A stretch of 64,000 nt of DNA from positions 1,920,001-1,984,000 of the forward strand of contig OY759746.1 in assembly GCA_963662795.1 (NCBI GenBank), read 5' to 3'. The DNA is from Spirochaetia bacterium (GTDB lineage: Bacteria > Spirochaetota > Spirochaetia > CADAEX01). This document shows, piece by piece, positions 1 to 8,833 of this stretch (position 1 is the first letter of the stretch; every line of letters begins with the position of its first letter). The notes under the pieces were generated by a model. That model had not been told where the DNA came from. It did no database searches and saw only the letters and a list, made by a program, of their open reading frames with translations. Both the position numbers and the translations under genes were made by a program.

Positions 1-8
1 TGGAAATT

Positions 9-272
9 GTGCAGGGGATGAAAGATAAAAAAGAATTATTGATATTTCAGAAACATATAAGAAAATGGGATGTTGAAATAATACAAATAGATACTGAAAT
101 ATCTTCAAGAGCAATGTTTTTTGTAGAAGATTATTTTTTAAGTCATTCAATGGAATTATCAGATGCATTAATTGCAGCGACAGGAATACAGACAAAAGAT
201 GTTATATTAACAGCAAATGATAAACATTATAAATTTATCCCTAACATACAACTGGAAAAGTTTAAACCTTAG
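9..272 (+). CDS. vapC: PIN-domain (VapC-like) toxin, 5' end outside window
   Basis: C-terminal PIN motifs DALIAAT...ILTANDKHY. Confidence 0.85.
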   Translation: MQGMKDKKELLIFQKHIRKWDVEIIQIDTEISSRAMFFVEDYFLSHSMELSDALIAATGIQTKDVILTANDKHYKFIPNIQLEKFKP

Positions 273-276
273 AACG

Positions 277-545
277 CCCAAGCCTTGGCGGTGCCGTGCG
301 GCTTGGAAGAGAGGGGCGGTACTTCCGAGAACAGAGGATAAAGCGCTTCGCTCCCTCTGGTCGCTTGGGCTTCGCCACACATCGTAGGTTTTGAACTACA
401 ACATTTATAAACAACAAGTGTTGGAAGAAGAATATTGCAGCTTTGAAATATTCATTCTTAGGCTACGATGCGTCGCTTATCCTCGGGACGTTATACGTAA
501 TGGCCAGGCAAGAGAAAATCGCCCGGACCTCCGGCCGACGGGCGA
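277..545 (+). repeat. Composite attC-like repeat R1 (arm C | arm A)
   Basis: GAAC 329-332, GTT 490; flanking hairpins A and B. Confidence 0.9.
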
Positions 546-650
546 GGATATGCAATATTGTAATATTTGCTATGTGTTATTATGAAGAAAAATAGTTTCA
601 AAACGTACCTTATTGGTTCATAAAATAGAAAATGAACTATAAAAGTACAA

Positions 651-680
651 TTGACAAAAATAGAACCGATAAGGTACAAT
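651..680 (+). promoter_or_regulatory. Putative sigma70 promoter of SatD operon
   Basis: TTGACA 651-656, 18 bp, TACAAT 675-680 just upstream of ATG 688. Confidence 0.5.
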
Positions 681-687
681 ATAGATC

Positions 688-1323
688 ATGAATGTAATAG
701 CAGTAATTGCGGATATAGTAGATTCAAAACATATTATTGATAGGAGGAGTTTTCAGCTCGATTTGGAAAAGAAATTAAACATAATTAATAAAAAATCGGC
801 TAAAAGTATATTATCTCCTTATACAATTACAATAGGTGATGAATTTCAAGTTCTATATAATTCAACAGAAACTCTTTTCGATGATATATGGGATATTATT
901 GAAAGTATCTTTCCATATAAATTGAGGGTTTCTATAGGATATGATAAAATATTAACCCGAACTAATAAGGAACGAGCAATAGGTATGGACGGACCAGCTT
1001 TTCATTACGCTCGAGATGGATTAGAACGGCTAAAGAAACAAAAAAGAACAGTGATTCAAGTATTTAGTGCTGAGATACCTTCAATCGAATTAATAAATAC
1101 AAGTTTGTTATTAGTCTTTGATCAGGTGGAAAAGTGGAAAGAAAATACACTAAAAATATTTGTAAACATGTTGAGAAAAGAAGATATGCAAACTATTGCA
1201 AAAAATATTGCTATTTCAGAGAGAGCCGTATATAAGAGCATAAAAGCAAATAATTTAAAAACAATAAAAGATCTAATTGAAGTGATCAAGAACCATATTA
1301 AAATAGGGATAGAAATGTTATGA
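688..1323 (+). CDS. SatD family protein with C-terminal HTH
   Basis: IADIVDSK, TITIGDEFQ and GMDGPAF motifs. Confidence 0.85.
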   Translation: MNVIAVIADIVDSKHIIDRRSFQLDLEKKLNIINKKSAKSILSPYTITIGDEFQVLYNSTETLFDDIWDIIESIFPYKLRVSIGYDKILTRTNKERAIGMDGPAFHYARDGLERLKKQKRTVIQVFSAEIPSIELINTSLLLVFDQVEKWKENTLKIFVNMLRKEDMQTIAKNIAISERAVYKSIKANNLKTIKDLIEVIKNHIKIGIEML

Positions 1324-2090
1324 ACAGTGTATATTTTTATACATTAATAATTATCATGTCAGCAAGATGTATATTCCAAAATATTGAAAAACCAGTGTCT
1401 TTTAAAAAAAGCATATTTATACTTTTCGTAGAAGTAATTTTGGTAGTCCCATTATGGTCTTCAAGAATTATATTTTTACTTCTATTTTTGGTCGCTCTAA
1501 ATGGAGTTATACTCTGGTTAGAAAATACAAAGCTTAATATTCATTTATCGCGGTTTTTAAGTTTTACTATTTTCACTGTTTTTTTGGCATCAATAACTGG
1601 TAATAATTTGATTATTCACAATTTTAGCCCGATTGCTATAAAATTATTTCAAAAGCTTAGTGAAAATAATCTAATACTAAATTTTGTTAATAATTTTGGA
1701 TCTGAAAAAATATTTATTTATTTATCAGGGCTGTTAATTATTACAAATGAAGTAAATAATTTTGTACGCTATATTCTATACTTATTGAGAGTCGAGCCAA
1801 ATGGAAGTGGGGATTCTAGTCAGCAAAATGAATATGTTAAGCAAGAAAAAAATGAAGAGCTGAAACGTGGAAAAATTATAGGTATTATAGAACGAATATT
1901 AATATTTGTTTTTACTCTATCAAACAACTTTGCTGCAATTGGATTTATTCTTGCAGCAAAAGGTTTTACGCGATTCAAAGAATTGGATAATCGTAATTTC
2001 GCAGAATATGTATTAATAGGTACTCTTTTATCTACTTCAATTTCAATTTTAACAGGACTATTATTTAGTAGATTATTATTGCACATATAA
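1320..2090 (+). CDS. DUF3307-like membrane protein (usual SatD neighbour)
   Basis: Multiple TM segments; GKIIGIIER...AAKGFTRF...EYVLIGTL motif. Confidence 0.75.
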   Translation: MNSVYFYTLIIIMSARCIFQNIEKPVSFKKSIFILFVEVILVVPLWSSRIIFLLLFLVALNGVILWLENTKLNIHLSRFLSFTIFTVFLASITGNNLIIHNFSPIAIKLFQKLSENNLILNFVNNFGSEKIFIYLSGLLIITNEVNNFVRYILYLLRVEPNGSGDSSQQNEYVKQEKNEELKRGKIIGIIERILIFVFTLSNNFAAIGFILAAKGFTRFKELDNRNFAEYVLIGTLLSTSISILTGLLFSRLLLHI

Positions 2091-2142
2091 ACATTTTATA
2101 AATAGTGACAATTGGGGCAATTATCTAACATTCGACATTTTA

Positions 2143-2394
2143 GTCCAGCCTTGGCTCCACCGTGCGGCCTGGACAAGAAGCCTGGCCACTACGTATAACA
2201 GCGAATGACCGGTTCCGGCTGTTTCTAAGAAAGCAGCCTCCACCCAAATTGCCAAAATAATTCATATTAAGAATAATGGAATAAGGATAAACTTTTGGAG
2301 TGAGAAACATTATCGGCAACTTCGGTCATTCGCGGGACGTTATAAGCAATGTTCCCGCAAGAAGGGACCGCCCGGACCTCCGGCCGACGGGCGA
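2143..2394 (+). repeat. Composite repeat R2 (arm A | arm B)
   Basis: TAAC 2196-2199, GTT 2339. Confidence 0.9.
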
Positions 2395-2440
2395 GGATAT
2401 GCAATATAATAATATATGTTATGTATATTTAGGGGAAAAA

Positions 2441-3883
2441 ATGAGTTATATAAGAAATGAAATAATAGATGAAGAAATTAATAATCATTATAAACCGCCA
2501 ATAATTACTGCTTCTGCTCAATCATTGCCTTTCAATAATATTGGTGATCGCGGATTTGAAATATTGATATATCGAATATTTAAAAATACTGATTATTTTA
2601 AGAAACAAATTCAATATGATAGAGTTGAACTGATGGAAGGAACTGCTGATAGAGGTAGAGATGTATGCCTTATTGATGAGCATAATAAGGTAAAAGGTGT
2701 TATTCAATGTAAAAACTATCAAGAAAAAATTACTAAACCCAAATTAATTAAAGAGATATTAAAGTTTTTAATATTTATAATTATTTCTGATGAAGAATAT
2801 TCCCTTTCCAATTATTTTATTGTTTCTCCTTCTGGAATTAATTCAAAAGCTAAAGATCTGATTAGAAATTTTTGTCAAAATATCAAAGTTGAGCCAATTG
2901 AAAAATATTTTAATGATTTAAAGGAAGAGTTTTCTTCATTTGAAGATTTAATATATACCAATTTAAAAGAAAAAATTAATGAAATGCTTGAGACAATTTC
3001 TGTAACTGAAATCAATGGTATTGATTTGACAGAAATATTATATAAATATCCAGATAATTTGGAAAATCATTTCAAGGTAGTTAATGTAGTCTCTATTAAA
3101 AAAAATGAAGAAATGCTTGATAACAAATTGAGAGAATTTGGATTAAAAACTTTGACTGATAATGATCTTCAGTTAATTCAAAAAAGAATTGGATTTCTTC
3201 CTGAAAATAAAAGATTTAGATTTATGAACGTAGACTTTTATGGTTTACCAGAAAATCTAATTGTTAAAAATAAAAGTAAGATGATTCCAGTAATTGAAAA
3301 ATTGATAAAAGTACAAGGTGATTTATCAAAAATACTTTTAGATTATATTAATAATGAGATACATGATCAGATATTTAATAGAATAACATTACCATATCTG
3401 ACCACTGGGAAAGTACATCCATTTTCAGTACAAGTTGCAAGTCCGTATATATATAAACTATCTTCAACAGCTTTATTGTCTAAGCAAATTCCGATTGATT
3501 TAGCAAAAAAAATGTATTCCAAAATACTAGAAAATAGAGAAAAATTGATTGAAGAAATTGAGAGAGAAATATTTGAAGTAGCAAAGAAATCGTTTCAAAA
3601 TGATTATTCAACGTTGAAAGGTACAGAAGCTTTAATTAAATACAAAATTAATGTGTTGAAAACTCATTTATTAAAAGGATTCATAAATATTGAAGACGTA
3701 GAAATTCAATACAAAAAGGACAAAGAGACTATACTGCCTATTATGAATGAAATCTATGAATATATTTATGAATCAATAGTGTCTCCTTTAACAATTGTTC
3801 TTCATGAAATATCCGTTTGGGAAGAACCAGACTTTCTAAATAAGGTTGCATCGGATAATAAGAAATTAAAAGACAATACATAA
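2441..3883 (+). CDS. Restriction-endonuclease-like (Mrr/PD-(D/E)xK) domain protein
   Basis: FEIL...DRGRD...IQCK motif; likely start ATG 2441 after AGGGG RBS (the ORF-track start runs into the repeat). Confidence 0.7.
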   Translation: MSYIRNEIIDEEINNHYKPPIITASAQSLPFNNIGDRGFEILIYRIFKNTDYFKKQIQYDRVELMEGTADRGRDVCLIDEHNKVKGVIQCKNYQEKITKPKLIKEILKFLIFIIISDEEYSLSNYFIVSPSGINSKAKDLIRNFCQNIKVEPIEKYFNDLKEEFSSFEDLIYTNLKEKINEMLETISVTEINGIDLTEILYKYPDNLENHFKVVNVVSIKKNEEMLDNKLREFGLKTLTDNDLQLIQKRIGFLPENKRFRFMNVDFYGLPENLIVKNKSKMIPVIEKLIKVQGDLSKILLDYINNEIHDQIFNRITLPYLTTGKVHPFSVQVASPYIYKLSSTALLSKQIPIDLAKKMYSKILENREKLIEEIEREIFEVAKKSFQNDYSTLKGTEALIKYKINVLKTHLLKGFINIEDVEIQYKKDKETILPIMNEIYEYIYESIVSPLTIVLHEISVWEEPDFLNKVASDNKKLKDNT

Positions 3884-3945
3884 CAATTACATTCAACTGA
3901 ATATTTTATTTGTACAGGTAGAGTAATTACCTGAAAGTTTGAGAA

Positions 3946-4236
3946 GTCCAGCCTTGGCTCCGCCGTACGGCTTGAACAAGAAGCGGGAACACTGCTTATA
4001 ACAGCGATTATTTCGCTGCGCTCCCTATGGTCGCTTGGGCTCCTGCCAGTTGAGCTGGCAGATCGCCATATTTTGTTTTCATTAAACCAGAATAATTATT
4101 GTTAGATTCTTTTCAAGTCTGAAAAAGTCAAATAAAAGTATTTTAGAGTTTAGTCCCAAAACATCGAATAATCGCGGGACGTTCTCCGAAATACCGCCCT
4201 AAGAGAACGCCGCCCGGACCTTTGGCCGACGGGCGA
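3946..4236 (+). repeat. Composite repeat R3 (arm B | arm C)
   Basis: TAAC 3999-4002, GTT 4181. Confidence 0.9.
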
Positions 4237-4296
4237 AGAATGAAAATGATGAAAATATTATTATAACTCTATATTTTGTAAGAAAATATAAAAATG

Positions 4297-4325
4297 TAGA
4301 CATTTTAACTATTAAGTTCTATAAT
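4297..4325 (+). promoter_or_regulatory. Putative sigma70 promoter
   Basis: TAGACA-17bp-TATAAT upstream of AAGGAG RBS and ATG 4351. Confidence 0.55.
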
Positions 4326-4350
4326 AAATATTATCCTAAAGGAGTTTAAT

Positions 4351-4692
4351 ATGATGGATGTTTTGGGTATAGAAAAAGTTCTATGTGAACTTTCCCAGCA
4401 TGCTAGTCTTGATTTAATTTCAGAAAAAAATAAGGAATATTTAATACGTTCAAATAAAAGACTCAAGGCATATCTTTTTAATGAAAAAGTTGATGAATCA
4501 ATTTTAAAAAATACAGAAGAGCCAATAGTTTTTATAAATAAAATATTTTCAGTTGAACAAAACGAAAAAAATACTTTAGAATATTTAAAAAAATTTGTTG
4601 AAAGTGTAGAAAATAACCAATTAGAAAATTATAAAAATATTTTTTTATATTATAAGAGAAGTGAATACAATAAAAATTTATTTTGTAGCTAA
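4351..4692 (+). CDS. Hypothetical protein (possibly N-terminus of next ORF)
   Basis: ORF with RBS; same frame as 4693 and separated only by TAA. Confidence 0.6.
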   Translation: MMDVLGIEKVLCELSQHASLDLISEKNKEYLIRSNKRLKAYLFNEKVDESILKNTEEPIVFINKIFSVEQNEKNTLEYLKKFVESVENNQLENYKNIFLYYKRSEYNKNLFCS

Positions 4693-5862
4693 ATGGAAAT
4701 TAATGATGATTATATATTCCATTCTTTGTTAAGTACTCAAAAAATATTTAAAAAAATTGAAAAATATTATTTTACTGATTCAAATATTTATGAGTTATTA
4801 AAAAATATAAATATTGTTTTGAGTGATTTTCTCCAAAATTATAATGCTTATTCTCATTCTGATGTAATGGATATCGTTAATACTTTAAATGAAATCGAAG
4901 AATATATTGTCAATTCAGTACCAAAAAAATATCCAAATGAATTAAAAATATTGCTTAATTATATATGGAAAAATACTGTTGAGTTATCAGATTTAAATAT
5001 TCTGATTACACAAAAACCAAATTTATCCTATCACCATATGAAAGTTGACATTGTAAAAGATAATTATGTATTTTTCTGTATACCTAAACATTATAAAAAT
5101 GAAATATTATTGAATTCAATAGTACTTCATGAATTAGGTCATTATTATGATAAAAAAGATAATACAACTCCAATTATCCGTTCTGAAATAATTCCATTAG
5201 AATTAACACTTGAAGCAAAAAAACAACAAATTGATCCGATATCTTGGTACAGAGAACTATTTGCTGATCTTTTTTCAGTAAAGACAGGAAGTTTTAGTTG
5301 TTTCTTTTCCCTCTACGAAACAATAATAAATCATGATTTTGTTATTAATCAAATTACAGGATCAGATTCACATCCATACAGTATTTATAGATTTATATTG
5401 ATAAAAAATTATTTGATTCAAAAACATAAAGCTTTTTTTAACAAATCTAAATACGGGAAAAAGATAAATACACTAATCACAGATTGTGAAAAAAAATATG
5501 AAAATATATTGTTGTTAGATAATACAAAAATTGAAAAACTATATGGCTATTATCTATATGAACATTTTTTAGCAATTGAAAAAGGATTATTTGAAAGTAT
5601 TAAAGAAATTGAATTAAATAATGCTATAGATAGTTATATAGATCAAATAATACATCTAATCCCACCAAAAATTGTTAAAAACGATACTTTGATAAGTTTA
5701 GTAATATCGGGTTGGCTCGCATATTATTTTGAGAGAGATAAAATTGCTGAAAGAGCTAATATTGATAAAAATGATTTAGAAAATATCAGAAAAATTGTTA
5801 ATAATCTGATAAGAAAATCAATAAGAAATGCAGATGCTTATTCTCTTTGGGTAATTAAATGA
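4693..5862 (+). CDS. HEXXH zincin-like protein
   Basis: LHELGH...ELFAD...SHP motifs. Confidence 0.65.
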   Translation: MEINDDYIFHSLLSTQKIFKKIEKYYFTDSNIYELLKNINIVLSDFLQNYNAYSHSDVMDIVNTLNEIEEYIVNSVPKKYPNELKILLNYIWKNTVELSDLNILITQKPNLSYHHMKVDIVKDNYVFFCIPKHYKNEILLNSIVLHELGHYYDKKDNTTPIIRSEIIPLELTLEAKKQQIDPISWYRELFADLFSVKTGSFSCFFSLYETIINHDFVINQITGSDSHPYSIYRFILIKNYLIQKHKAFFNKSKYGKKINTLITDCEKKYENILLLDNTKIEKLYGYYLYEHFLAIEKGLFESIKEIELNNAIDSYIDQIIHLIPPKIVKNDTLISLVISGWLAYYFERDKIAERANIDKNDLENIRKIVNNLIRKSIRNADAYSLWVIK

Positions 5863-6473
5863 AATTACTAAATTACGAAGGTTTAAATGAAAAAATTAAT
5901 AATTACAATGATTTGGAAAATAGTATTTTTATTGAACCTTTATTAGATGTAAGGCAAATATCTTCGGTTTGTGTAGATTTAAGATTAGATGTAAATTTTT
6001 ATGTTCCCGTAAAAACTAATGAATCATTAATTTCATGTTGTAAAGGTTCAGAAGATATTGAGAACTTTTTTGAAAGCACATACCGTAAAATTGGAGATAG
6101 TTTTATTATTTATCCAAATCAATTTATTATAATGAATACTTTAGAATATATAAGATTACCTAAAAATATACACGCAGAAGTTGTAATAAGATCTTCGTTT
6201 GAAAGATTAGGATTGTATTTATATTCAATTGTTCAACCAGGATATTCTGGAGTTCTAACCTTGAGTTTGAAAAGTAGTGCAGAAACTCCAGTAGAATTAG
6301 TAGTTGGATCAAGAATTGCACAAATTAAATTTTTTGATAATAAAAAAAATAAAAAATATTCAAGTTACAGTGAAAGTGCAAAGTATTTTTGTGCCGTTGA
6401 ACCTGAATTATCAAAAATATTCAAAGATGATGATATTGAAATACTTAATAAAATAAAAAATGTAAATGCCTAG
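5859..6473 (+). CDS. dcd: dCTP deaminase (dUTPase-fold)
   Basis: VDLRL, TLEYIRLP, RSSFERLG, PGYSGVLTL and RIAQ motifs. Confidence 0.85.
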   Translation: MKLLNYEGLNEKINNYNDLENSIFIEPLLDVRQISSVCVDLRLDVNFYVPVKTNESLISCCKGSEDIENFFESTYRKIGDSFIIYPNQFIIMNTLEYIRLPKNIHAEVVIRSSFERLGLYLYSIVQPGYSGVLTLSLKSSAETPVELVVGSRIAQIKFFDNKKNKKYSSYSESAKYFCAVEPELSKIFKDDDIEILNKIKNVNA

Positions 6474-6483
6474 ACATTATTTA

Positions 6484-6760
6484 GTCCAGCCCTTGCCTCC
6501 GGCCTATCGGTCTGGACAAGAAAGGGCGGTACTTCCGAGAACAGAGGATAAAGCGCTTCGCTCGGAGTACCTCGCTTGGCCTTCGGTATATTTTACTATC
6601 ATTTAAATGAGAATAATTGAATAATTATCTTTTTTTATATTTTATTAATCAAACACAAGAGATTTCTATAGTTTAAGCCGTAAAACATCGCTTATCCTCG
6701 GGACGTTATCCACAATGCCCCCACAAGAGAACATCGCCCGGACCTCCGGCCGACGGGCGA
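6484..6760 (+). repeat. Composite repeat R4 (arm C | arm D)
   Basis: GAAC 6539-6542, GTT 6705. Confidence 0.9.
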
Positions 6761-6852
6761 GGATTAGCGCAATATATAATAAATATGAATTATAATAAAG
6801 GTATTTAAAATTAGATGAATAATAAAAAGTTATAATTGCAAAGGAGAAAAAG

Positions 6853-7815
6853 ATGTGTATAGAAACAATAGCTAATTATTTAGATCAGTATCAGAATAGA
6901 TTTTATGACTATTCTCATAATGAACATATAGAACGCTGGATTTCTCAATTTAATAATCAAGATATAATAATAAATGAACTTGCCCACATAATGGATAAGG
7001 TTTTCATTGAAGAACATAATGAAACAACTTTTTTTGAAAATCTTTTACAAAATCCTAAAATTATTGCTGATATAGGACCCTCAGGGAGTTATTCAATTCT
7101 AAATATACAAAGGAATGGGATAAGTCAGACAATTTATTCTAGAAAAATGCAAGAAGTATTTAAAAATGTTCTTGATGAAGATGTTCCTATAAATGATTTT
7201 ACAAAATCTGTTTTGATATATGTGGATGATTTTATGTTTTCTGGTATGAAAGCAAGACATGATATTTTAAATTTATTTGAAGAAAATGAAAAGAAAAAAG
7301 TTGTATATATTTTTATTGGAATACACAGTAATGCAACTTATTATTTATCTAAAACATTTAAGAATGAAAAAATCAATAATACAGTTTGGCGCTGTATACC
7401 TTTTGAAAATACATTATTTAAAAAAGATTTTTCAGATGTTTTTTGGCCAAAAAATAATATTAGATATTACCAAGAAGTCATAAACTATAAAGAAAGGTAT
7501 CTGGACAGAGATTTAGAACTACGATCTGATTCTTCAACAAGCATAGGAAGTTTGGAGCTTTTTACAAGCAGTGAAAATAGGGAAATAATTGAAAATGAGT
7601 TTCTTTTAGCTGGAATAAAAATAATTAATGAATGCAATACGGATATACCCCCTCTAGGGGTATCAGCTTTTAAAGGTATTGGTTTTGGTGGTACTGCAAT
7701 GAGTTATCGAAACATTCCAAATAATACGCCAATATGCTTATGGTGGGGAAATCCAACTAATTCCGGAGGACTTGGTAATTGGTACCCATTAATGATGAGA
7801 AGAGTATATGATTGA
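6853..7815 (+). CDS. Phosphoribosyltransferase-like protein (conflict-system PRTase type)
   Basis: PRPP-loop-like YVDDFMFSG; C-terminal PLG...NIPNNT...WYPL. Confidence 0.65.
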   Translation: MCIETIANYLDQYQNRFYDYSHNEHIERWISQFNNQDIIINELAHIMDKVFIEEHNETTFFENLLQNPKIIADIGPSGSYSILNIQRNGISQTIYSRKMQEVFKNVLDEDVPINDFTKSVLIYVDDFMFSGMKARHDILNLFEENEKKKVVYIFIGIHSNATYYLSKTFKNEKINNTVWRCIPFENTLFKKDFSDVFWPKNNIRYYQEVINYKERYLDRDLELRSDSSTSIGSLELFTSSENREIIENEFLLAGIKIINECNTDIPPLGVSAFKGIGFGGTAMSYRNIPNNTPICLWWGNPTNSGGLGNWYPLMMRRVYD

Positions 7816-8419
7816 AGAAAGAAAATATATTAAAAGTGAAGTAATATCATTTTTTAAAACAGATGAAAAGTTCGGTGTTTTATCTAATATGAAAGGAAAA
7901 CAAGAAATACTTGTCAATGATATTTGGTTTTCATCATCAGAAGCTATTTATCAGGCTTTAAAATACCCAAACTACAAAAACATACAACAAAAAATAGCTT
8001 TTGAAAAAAGTCCAATATTAGCGAAGAAAATATCTATTAGTAATAAGCAATTTATTCGTAAAGATTGGTATGAAGTAAGAAATAATATAATGCGATTATG
8101 TATTAGAATACGATTACTACAATCACAAGAATTTTATGATGTTCTATTATCTACTTCAGATAAAACAATAGTTGAGATTTCTCGCAAAGACACTTACTGG
8201 GGATCAACTATTTCTGATAATAATTATTTAAATGGAAAAAATGTTTTAGGCAGATTATTGATGGAACTCAGATATGAAATAGTAAAAGGTGAAATATTAA
8301 AAAGAATATCACACATATTAAAAAATACTTCTAATATTATAATAAATGAGCGAGCAATAACTGAAAAAAGTTTGATTGAAGATTGTAAAAAAAATTATCT
8401 TACAATAATTTCACCATAA
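7808..8419 (+). CDS. NADAR family N-glycosidase
   Basis: LSN, SSEAIYQALK, RKDW, D.YWG and GKNVLGRLLMELR motifs. Confidence 0.9.
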   Translation: MIEERKYIKSEVISFFKTDEKFGVLSNMKGKQEILVNDIWFSSSEAIYQALKYPNYKNIQQKIAFEKSPILAKKISISNKQFIRKDWYEVRNNIMRLCIRIRLLQSQEFYDVLLSTSDKTIVEISRKDTYWGSTISDNNYLNGKNVLGRLLMELRYEIVKGEILKRISHILKNTSNIIINERAITEKSLIEDCKKNYLTIISP

Positions 8420-8484
8420 TTCATTGTATTAATTTGTAAAGGTAAAGGATTAAAAGCAGAATAATTACATTGTAATTTTAAGAA

Positions 8485-8759
8485 GTCCGGCCTTGGCTTC
8501 CAGCCGTACGGCCTGGACAAGAAGTGGGGGCACTGGTGGATAACAGAGGATAATTCGCTGCGCTCGGAGTACCTCGCTTGGCCTGCGGCATATTTTGCTA
8601 TCATCAATCTTGAATAGTAAAAAGTTAAACTCTTTTCAAGATTAACAAAGCAGACATAAATGTTTTAGAGTTTAAACCGCAAAACATCGCTTATCCTCAG
8701 GACGTTATCCACAATGCCCCCACAAGATGCAATCGCCCGGACCTCCGGCCGACGGGCGA
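8485..8759 (+). repeat. Composite repeat R5 (arm D | arm D)
   Basis: TAAC 8541-8544, GTT 8704. Confidence 0.9.
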
Positions 8760-8833
8760 GGATATGCATTACATGATGTGTATAAAATAAAAGGAAATTA
8801 AAATATTATAGTTTTATATACATAGGGGAATTA

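Noticed and set aside
2300-2440. N-terminal extensions of ORFs 2300-3883 and 36115-37191
   Set aside because: They run through the repeat; RBS-supported ATGs lie at 2441 and 36289.
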